A DNA stretch of 64,000 bases from a virus. A program made the position numbers and the translations under genes. The stretch is taken from positions 32,001-96,000 of the IMG/VR virus record IMGVR_UViG_3300015024_000001. One strand, given 5' to 3'. Below are positions 57,569 to 64,000 of the stretch, in pieces; position 1 is the first letter of the stretch; each line of letters opens with the position of its first letter. The notes beneath the pieces are model-generated. The model was not told where the DNA came from, did no database searches, and saw only the letters and a program-made list of their open reading frames with translations.

Positions 57569-58156
57569 ATGATTTTTAAACTAATGTCCGTAGTAGAGTT
57601 AAAAGCTCTATATCAAAAAATACAAAAACCTATTACTGTAAGATTTCCAAAGAATGATAAGCAGACTTTTCTATTCTGTAGTCTTGCTTACTATTCTACA
57701 CCTAAATCAATCACTTTATATAATGAGTACAAGTGTGTAGAAACAACCGTAATAGAGTTGTTAGTAGGTATTACATGGGAAAATTATGTAATCCATAGAC
57801 TGACGGATGAGCAAGGCTATGATTTAGCTGTACAACTACTTGGTTGTTATATCAGTACAGATGAACCATTATCCGAAGCACAAGATACTTTTGTTTACTT
57901 ATTAAGTTTAGTTATTGAAGACTACGAATCTCAACACTATCCTATTGCTTCTCTTTCTACGTTGAAGTTTATAGACCAGTTGCTAGAAGATAGAGATCAA
58001 AATTGATTACATATTAGAGCTTGCTTAGATTATCCTGAGTTTGTAAAGTCTCAGTTTAATGTATCTTTGTATCTCAAAGTAGAGAATCTTATTAAAGTTT
58101 CGCATTTCTTTCGTTTGCCTGTACAAGCATTTATAGTAGGTGGTTATAATGATTAA
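57569..58156 (+). pseudogene. HigA-like antitoxin interrupted by in-frame TGA at 58004-58006
   Basis: LL..VIEDYE.QHYPI....L..LLE.R before the stop; LIKVSHFFRLPVQAFI (HigA HTH end) in frame after it. Confidence 0.6.
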
Positions 58157-58361
58157 TATACAAATTGTAGAGCTTATAAGTTATGGTGACTTTGACATGC
58201 CTATGACTGATTCTGTTTGGTATGGTGCAGAAACATTAGAAAAACCTAATGAGTTGAAGTTCTATAAAAACACAAATATAGAAGAAGCGCGTCAGTATCT
58301 TGTAGATTTGGGTTTTATATGTGTCCCTACTTTTAGATTTGAAATTGGTGGTGGAGTATAA
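58149..58361 (+). CDS. hypothetical protein
   Basis: ORF with GGTGG RBS. Confidence 0.5.
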   Translation: MINIQIVELISYGDFDMPMTDSVWYGAETLEKPNELKFYKNTNIEEARQYLVDLGFICVPTFRFEIGGGV

Positions 58362-58458
58362 GATTTTCTGTAATTATAATATTAACTAATATACTATATT
58401 AAAGAAATGTTAATTATTTGTGCTACAATTGTTGTTTAATTATCAACAGGATAAATTT

Positions 58459-58717
58459 AATGTCACATAAATCTGATGATACTGTTTTAGAAATTTTATT
58501 AGGTGCTGTTGTAATATTTGGGACACCTACTCTAGCAGGATGGGTCTTTATGTTACTGTGGAACTTTGCTCTAGTAGGATTGTTTCCATCAATCCCTACG
58601 TTAGATTTTTGGCGTAGTGTTGGTTGTGTACTATTTCTTAGTTTTATTAGTAGTTTCTTTAGCTACCAAGTGAAAGCCCCGCATTCTAACGGTACTCCGT
58701 TGAGTGACGGGATGTAA
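58459..58717 (+). CDS. small membrane protein; 3' end supplied by the IS left end
   Basis: MLLWN......FP.IPTL.FW motif common in phage membrane proteins; insertion near the 3' end. Confidence 0.6.
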
Positions 58718-58735
58718 GCGCGTCCATCAAGGGGT

Positions 58736-58885
58736 TCAATGCCCCGTAGATGGACAGTCTTCTGGGGTATCTTGCTGCTCAATATATTTCTTGAGGATAG
58801 AAACAGTTACACCGCCACAAGAAGCGATGGAATATGACTCATTCCACAAAACACTTTTCCAGTAATGTTTTTTCACTTCATCGGC
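58736..58885 (-). pseudogene. tnpA: IS200-family Y1 transposase C-terminal fragment
   Basis: KHYWKSVLWNESYSIASCGGVTVSILKKYIEQQ; HUH-bearing N-terminal part missing. Confidence 0.85.
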
Positions 58886-58940
58886 TTTATTAGCTTTAAT
58901 TGTTGTATAATAAATACTATTAAAGCCAATAAAATAGACT

Positions 58941-59516
58941 ATGGATAAACACGTTAACGATTTACAGGTTTGCACTATTTGTAAAGTAGAGCAACCTCTT
59001 GAAAACTACTACAAATCTTCAAAAAGAAAAACTGGGTACTCAAATACTTGTAAGCAATGCTCTTTAATCTATGTAAAGAAACATAATGCTTCTGCTGAAG
59101 GGAAAGAGAAAAATACGGCTTGGAGGCATGTGGCAAAAAGTAAAAGACTATCCCAAGGATTTTGCTCTAAATGCGACAGAGAGAGAATGTCTCAAGATGC
59201 CCTATTTTGTAAATGGCATTGCGTTCAACACGCTTGCGGTAGCAGATTGGGTAAGGCAGATAAACTTACAGTGCAATTGCTATTAGATAGACTAGAGTCT
59301 AATCCTATTTGCCCTTACACTGGGAAAACTTTAGTGCTAGGAATAAATACTCATTTAGACCATATCTTGCCAGTAAGTAGATTTCCAGAATTTAAAAGCC
59401 AAGTGCTTAATGTTGAATGGATTTCTGCTAAGGCTAATTTATCAAAAGGAGATATGACAAAAGATGAGTTTATTGCTTTTTGTAAATTAGTTGTTAAATT
59501 TGCGGATAGTCAATAA
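58941..59516 (+). CDS. zinc-finger HNH endonuclease
   Basis: CTIC..CKQC and CSKC..C..H fingers; CPYTG......HLDHILP.SR.....NVEW....N.SK. Confidence 0.85.
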   Translation: MDKHVNDLQVCTICKVEQPLENYYKSSKRKTGYSNTCKQCSLIYVKKHNASAEGKEKNTAWRHVAKSKRLSQGFCSKCDRERMSQDALFCKWHCVQHACGSRLGKADKLTVQLLLDRLESNPICPYTGKTLVLGINTHLDHILPVSRFPEFKSQVLNVEWISAKANLSKGDMTKDEFIAFCKLVVKFADSQ

Positions 59517-59720
59517 AGCTCAGTGCGCTTCCGATGCAATAGCAGGATTAGCTGAGAAGCCCACCCTATACTCGTCCGCGAGTTAGGGATGGGAGTCGTC
59601 ACAAAGTAATTATGGCATACATTGACAAGACACTACAGAAGATGATTGCTATTGCACATAGCAAACCACAGTTACCATTATTTCACGACACACATTTAAT
59701 AACATTTAGGAGTATCCAAA

Positions 59721-60092
59721 ATGGACAACCCACAACAACAGCTTTTAAATAAGATTACCTCACTAAAAACTTACATAGAGTCATACAAGGAAACTATTGG
59801 AATCCACCTGGCAGATACAAAAGTACCACTTGAAGAACGCTGGTTAGTATACCAAGAACTACCTTCTTTTCTACGGAATAACGAATGTGATCAACAGGAC
59901 TTTCTTATAAAAAGTGATGGTTCTTTTATAGAACTTTGTGATGTTGGTGAATATTCTAAATATGAAATGATCGAAGTACACAGTTTTCTACAAAACAAAG
60001 CAAAAAGTCTACTAGATCACAGTCTTGACATTGTAGCAACAAAAGAGTATATTCTAAAACACAATCTAGGTTCTTTCAAGAACGATTGGTAG
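59721..60092 (+). CDS. hypothetical protein
   Basis: AGGAG RBS. Confidence 0.65.
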   Translation: MDNPQQQLLNKITSLKTYIESYKETIGIHLADTKVPLEERWLVYQELPSFLRNNECDQQDFLIKSDGSFIELCDVGEYSKYEMIEVHSFLQNKAKSLLDHSLDIVATKEYILKHNLGSFKNDW

Positions 60093-60181
60093 CTATGTCA
60101 TGTCTTCAAGAAATACAGCATATTGCTCAAACCGTTGTTCAATATGCTGCTATAATCAATGTACACTTTCAAGTATAATTA

Positions 60182-60538
60182 ATGATTTTAAACACTATTG
60201 CATCGATTGTTTTAGGTATGTCTTCTGTTCAAGAACTACCACAGAAAATTACTTATAATAATTCTTGTGGACAGTCTACTTACTATGATAACTGGTATGA
60301 TGGACGCCAGACTAGCTCTGGTGAGATTTACTCACAGTATGGTATGACAGCAGCTTCACGTGACTATCCAAATGGTACTTGGTTGCGAGTTACAAATCAA
60401 CGTAACAACAAGACCGTAGAAATAAAAGTGAATGACACTGGTAATATGCCTTTTCTAGATTTATCAGAAGAAGCTGCGGTGAGACTAGGTTCAGATGGTT
60501 ATCCTGACAATTACTCAATTTGTGTAGAGGTTTTATAA
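60182..60538 (+). CDS. rlpA: RlpA-family lytic transglycosylase (double-psi beta-barrel)
   Basis: STYY...GRQTSSGE.Y....MTAA...P.GT.LRVTN..N.K.V...VND.G...LDLS..AA..LG; N-terminal signal. Confidence 0.88.
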   Translation: MILNTIASIVLGMSSVQELPQKITYNNSCGQSTYYDNWYDGRQTSSGEIYSQYGMTAASRDYPNGTWLRVTNQRNNKTVEIKVNDTGNMPFLDLSEEAAVRLGSDGYPDNYSICVEVL

Positions 60539-61026
60539 TGTTTTCTTATTTACAAGCAATCGCCCAAGCTAAAAAGAAAAATAATCTTGCTAGCAGTTAT
60601 TTAATAAGTGGCACTGTCAACGCTACTCTTCTTGCACTGTTAGTAATTCCTAGCACAGTTTTTCTGAGCAATCTTCAATTTACTATTTTAGTATTAGAAC
60701 TAATTGTAGTTGTTATCTCACTTCTTACAAATCTTTATATGGGAGAGATTCTTATTAAAGACACTGATAAGAAGAAGTATGGGGCTTTGATTGCAGTGGT
60801 AGGTTTGCAGAGCTTCGTAAACAAATATTGGTTAGGCACTAGACTTTACTCTATTTTGTCGGTTGCTATAGTTACTGTAAATATGATTAGTATTGGTTGG
60901 ATTGGTCAAGCAGTATTTTTTATACTTGCAAGCGCTCTGACTATATCTACCTTATATAATTTCCTTGACCAGCTACCTGAGTTTGTTGCTAAATTAAATA
61001 TAAACGAAGATGATATTACGGTGTAA
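60538..61026 (+). CDS. multi-pass membrane protein
   Basis: Several hydrophobic helices; likely start MFSYL at 60538. Confidence 0.65.
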   Translation: MFSYLQAIAQAKKKNNLASSYLISGTVNATLLALLVIPSTVFLSNLQFTILVLELIVVVISLLTNLYMGEILIKDTDKKKYGALIAVVGLQSFVNKYWLGTRLYSILSVAIVTVNMISIGWIGQAVFFILASALTISTLYNFLDQLPEFVAKLNINEDDITV

Positions 61027-61028
61027 TT

Positions 61029-61289
61029 ATGCCTCTACTAAATCCTGAAGAAGACCAACCCGAACGACCTAGATATTTAGGTGAATTATCAACAAAACTT
61101 CCTGCTGGTGCTACGTTTAAACAAGCCTCTGAACATATGCTAACGTGTCAACATATAGATACGTTGACATTAACAGAGGTACGCACTGTAGCAAAGGCGT
61201 TAAGCGCCCTCTATGTTGGTATGCAAGTTACTGTATCAGCTATGTCCAAACAAGATTTTTCTTTTCCTACAAATATTGACGGAGTATAA
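61029..61289 (+). CDS. hypothetical protein, possible NblA-like
   Basis: Small helical hairpin F......ID.L...E....AK.L..LY......V..M.K. Confidence 0.35.
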   Translation: MPLLNPEEDQPERPRYLGELSTKLPAGATFKQASEHMLTCQHIDTLTLTEVRTVAKALSALYVGMQVTVSAMSKQDFSFPTNIDGV

Positions 61290-61290
61290 G

Positions 61291-61479
61291 ATGACTAAAC
61301 AACAACTTTCTTTCTATGTTGCTTGTGTTGCACTAGCTTTTGGTGTGTTCTTCTTTGTAGTTGGTGGATGGTCAATTGGACAAATTGTACCACAGTTTAT
61401 TGAAAATGCTAATATTGCACAAATCAAAGGTTTGTTGTGCCTCATTGTAGCTGCTGTTCTATATACAAATACAAAATAA
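61291..61479 (+). CDS. small two-TM membrane protein
   Basis: MTKQQLSFYVACVALAF...; GGAG RBS. Confidence 0.55.
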   Translation: MTKQQLSFYVACVALAFGVFFFVVGGWSIGQIVPQFIENANIAQIKGLLCLIVAAVLYTNTK

Positions 61480-62849
61480 TGTATCAAGCTATCATAACTC
61501 CTGTCCAAGCCATCTTGCCACATCCTAATGCAGACAAGTTGGAAATTGCTGTAGTTTGTAACAATCATATAATCGTAGGTATTGATAACTACAAAACAGA
61601 TGACCTTGTTATCTTTTTTGAGGTAGATGGCTGTCTCAGTAAAGAATACTGTGAAGCTAACAATCTATATGAACGTTTTGAAGAAGTTAATGGTGTCAAA
61701 ACTCGTATTAGTACAGGTTACTTAGATAGTAACGGTAGGATTCGTGCATTGAATCTGCGGTCTTATAAATCTAACGGTTTAGTAATGCCTCTGCGATCAC
61801 TCGATTTTCTAGACTTTGATCATTCTATACTGAGAGAAGGTTATGCTTTCACATCTCTAGGTAAGGTAGAAATCTGTAAGAAGTATGAAACATCAGCTAC
61901 AAAATTGGCACGTGCAACAGCCAAGAAGGATAAACTAAAGCTAAAGTACAGCACTGTGTTTCACGAACACGTAGACACACAGAACTTTCGCAGGAACGTC
62001 AATCAAATACCCATTGGCGCAACTGTTACTATTACTGAAAAAATCCACGGCACATCAGGTAGAGTATCGTTAGCCTATACAAAACAAGAGGTATATAATC
62101 CATTCCTTTCTATGGTCTTCAATCGCTTAAACATGCCAACCCCTTGGCAACCAATCAACAAAGCGTGGCAGTTCCTACGTCAGACTATAGAAGAAAAAGG
62201 TAAGACAACCACAAAAGGTTATACGTACCAACATGGTACTCGGCGAGTTCTACTCAAGAGAGATAGCCTTGATAAAGGTTACTATGGTAGTGATAGTTTC
62301 CGTTGGCAAATAGCTGACCGTCTATTACCACTACTCCATAAAGGAGAAGAAGTCTACTATGAAATTGTAGGTTGGAGTTCTCCTGAACGAACCATCATGC
62401 CTATTCACGCCACATCTATTACTAGTGACAAGAAGTTTATCAAGCAGTATGGTTCGGAAATTACTTACAACTACGGTGTACCTAATGGTACAGCAAAGGC
62501 ATTTGTGTATCGCATAGCAGTAACTAATGAAGATGGTCACCAATGGGAGCTTCCTTGGGCTTCAGTTAAAGCTCGTTGTGCAGAATTTAATGTAGACCAT
62601 GTACCTGAACATTTCTACCGTTGCTATGATAGATATGATGGTAACTCTGAAACTCTTATAACAGATGTAGAGTATCTCTCCCTAATCTCTACTTTCACGA
62701 ATCAATTCCCTGAAGGAGTTGTAGTACGTGTTGACTATAAAGGTACAACATGGTTCTTAAAAGAGAAGAACTGGTACTTTCTAGCAATGGAGGGTTTCTC
62801 GAAAGATAAGCCTGATTATGTAGATACAGAGGAGATTGAAACAGATTAG
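61479..62849 (+). CDS. RNA ligase (DRB0094/Rnl2-like) with N-terminal OB-type domain
   Basis: I.PHPNADKLE.A N-terminus; motif I TEKIHGTS; EIVG; EGVVVR; LKEK. Confidence 0.9.
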   Translation: MYQAIITPVQAILPHPNADKLEIAVVCNNHIIVGIDNYKTDDLVIFFEVDGCLSKEYCEANNLYERFEEVNGVKTRISTGYLDSNGRIRALNLRSYKSNGLVMPLRSLDFLDFDHSILREGYAFTSLGKVEICKKYETSATKLARATAKKDKLKLKYSTVFHEHVDTQNFRRNVNQIPIGATVTITEKIHGTSGRVSLAYTKQEVYNPFLSMVFNRLNMPTPWQPINKAWQFLRQTIEEKGKTTTKGYTYQHGTRRVLLKRDSLDKGYYGSDSFRWQIADRLLPLLHKGEEVYYEIVGWSSPERTIMPIHATSITSDKKFIKQYGSEITYNYGVPNGTAKAFVYRIAVTNEDGHQWELPWASVKARCAEFNVDHVPEHFYRCYDRYDGNSETLITDVEYLSLISTFTNQFPEGVVVRVDYKGTTWFLKEKNWYFLAMEGFSKDKPDYVDTEEIETD

Positions 62850-63058
62850 AAAAAGCTATATCCAAGGTTATAATGGTAGTCCTGATATTGATTCATGGTT
62901 CTTGGATACTCAAGATTCTAACCCTGACTATCTTATGAGCTTTGAATCATTCGCTAATGCTTGGTTATTTGTAGTTTCTCAAGTATTAGTATAGATTACA
63001 GACTTGACCGTTAGATACGGCGGGAAGGTCATTTCATACTCATTATTGTTTATTTACG

Positions 63059-63084
63059 CAGTAGACGTATCCTACTGTTTTTTT
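63059..63084 (+). terminator. rho-independent terminator
   Basis: CAGTAG..CTACTG plus T-run. Confidence 0.7.
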
Positions 63085-63181
63085 ATTAAGAGTTTTTATG
63101 TTATACACAGATGATGATAACTACATTGATATTTAGTAAAATGATAAGAACTGAAATTCATTGTTGTGAAAAGGTCAACTT

Positions 63182-63730
63182 ATGAACCTATTCTTTCTAC
63201 ATACTGACCCTCAAGAAGCAGCACAACTGTATTGTGACCAACACTTAGGAAAGATTCGTTTAGAGGCATCACAGATGTTATCAACAGCCTACCATTTATC
63301 ACCACATGTAACCGTAGAAGATAGGCAAGCAATGTGGTATGTACAGAACAACCGCATCTACAACAAGGCTTTTATTAACCACCCCACGTCTGTGTGGGTT
63401 CGTGCAGCACAAGATAATTTTGATTGGACATTAGTACACCTAAAAGCATTACAAGCTATCTGGGTTGGTGCAGGTCATAACGGTGCTGTAACTGAGACAC
63501 TGATCACAAGCTTCAATAAAACATCTTCTCTTCTACGGTTGCCTGTAGGTATGACAGATGTACCTCTCGCTATGTACGATGCAATCAAAGCGAAATACAA
63601 ACCAAAAGAACCTCTACCCATAGCTGTACAAGCGTATAGAGAGTATATGTGTGCAAAAGTATTCAAGAATGATAAACGTCCTACGTGGACAATAAATCAA
63701 CAACCTGAGTGGTATCATGCTTCAAATTGA
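63182..63730 (+). CDS. pyrimidine dimer DNA glycosylase/endonuclease V-like protein
   Basis: MNLF.L..DP..AA...CD.H..K..LE..QMLST, NHP...WVR, AYR.Y. Confidence 0.8.
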   Translation: MNLFFLHTDPQEAAQLYCDQHLGKIRLEASQMLSTAYHLSPHVTVEDRQAMWYVQNNRIYNKAFINHPTSVWVRAAQDNFDWTLVHLKALQAIWVGAGHNGAVTETLITSFNKTSSLLRLPVGMTDVPLAMYDAIKAKYKPKEPLPIAVQAYREYMCAKVFKNDKRPTWTINQQPEWYHASN

Positions 63731-63850
63731 ACTTGATGCTAAATATGTAGAACTACTTAAGGAAACTACAAAACATTCACAACATATGATTGCCACTATG
63801 TTAAGTTTAGCTATTAATAAACCAGAGATATTTATTAAAAAGGAGTAGTT

Positions 63851-64000
63851 ATGCAACCAGTACTTATTATTATACGCGGTGTATCAGGTAGTGGGAAGTC
63901 AACTTTCGCTGAATGGTTGGTAGATAATCTTTTAGTATTTGAAAATAAAGACAGGAGCAATAGAGAATACATACGTAAATTTGAGGCAGACCAATGGTTT
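63851..64000 (+). CDS. AAA_33/polynucleotide kinase-like P-loop protein (partial)
   Basis: LIIIRGVSGSGKSTFA...EAD..F; AGGAG RBS. Confidence 0.75.
   Translation, partial: MQPVLIIIRGVSGSGKSTFAEWLVDNLLVFENKDRSNREYIRKFEADQWF

Larger units (their letters stand above)
58667..59602 (+). mobile_element. non-autonomous IS200/IS605-family derivative carrying an HNH gene
   Basis: LE-type hairpin AAGCCCCGC..ACGGGA; tnpA 3' fragment; RE-type hairpin GAAGCCCACCCTA..TAGGGATGGG ending GTCAC; boundaries uncertain by a few nt. Confidence 0.75.

Noticed and set aside
50707-58006. Stop-codon reassignment suggested by two in-frame stops (TAG, TGA)
   Set aside because: TAG and TGA end many well-defined genes (capsid and protease end in TAG; ATGA overlaps), so code 11 holds
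58941-59516. IscB or TnpB call for the ORF inside the IS605 derivative
   Set aside because: Only 191 aa; no RuvC motifs, PLMP domain or TnpB HTH/Zn-ribbon layout
1-64000. CRISPR array or mini-array
   Set aside because: No regularly spaced 25-40 bp direct repeats with unique spacers were seen

Overview
The window is part of a large, AT-rich tailed-phage genome. A cyanobacterial host is inferred from a cyanobacterial-type IS200 tnpA fragment, a HigA-like gene, the lysin's cell-wall domain and a possible nblA. Positions 1-41.3 kb hold the late/virion region, mostly on the minus strand: terminase small and large subunits, a MuF head protein, prohead protease, scaffold, decoration protein, major capsid protein, GH19 endolysin, head-tail genes, tail chaperones with a lambda-type GGGAAAG -1 frameshift, a 2342-aa tape measure and tail tip/fibre genes. 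No sheath or portal gene is recognisable. Positions 41.8-64 kb hold plus-strand early/middle genes: SF2 helicase-like protein, MoxR AAA+/VWA pair, RlpA, RNA ligase, DenV-like glycosylase and a PNK-like kinase. The most notable observations are four. (1) About 16 otherwise unrelated proteins share a short leader, M-[YF]-[LI]-[LI]-x-[DE]-F-[AGS], and x-[DENS]-F-[AGSN] sites also recur in the scaffold, protease and MuF. This suggests a Phe-specific capsid-targeting and protease-processing code for a large ejected cargo that includes four Ser-hydrolase domains. (2) Two complete hammerhead ribozymes lie downstream of early genes. (3) An IS200/IS605 derivative keeps both ends but carries an HNH nuclease where tnpB would be. 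(4) A Csx16-like protein is a candidate anti-CRISPR ring nuclease. All family assignments come from motif recognition by eye; no searches were run.
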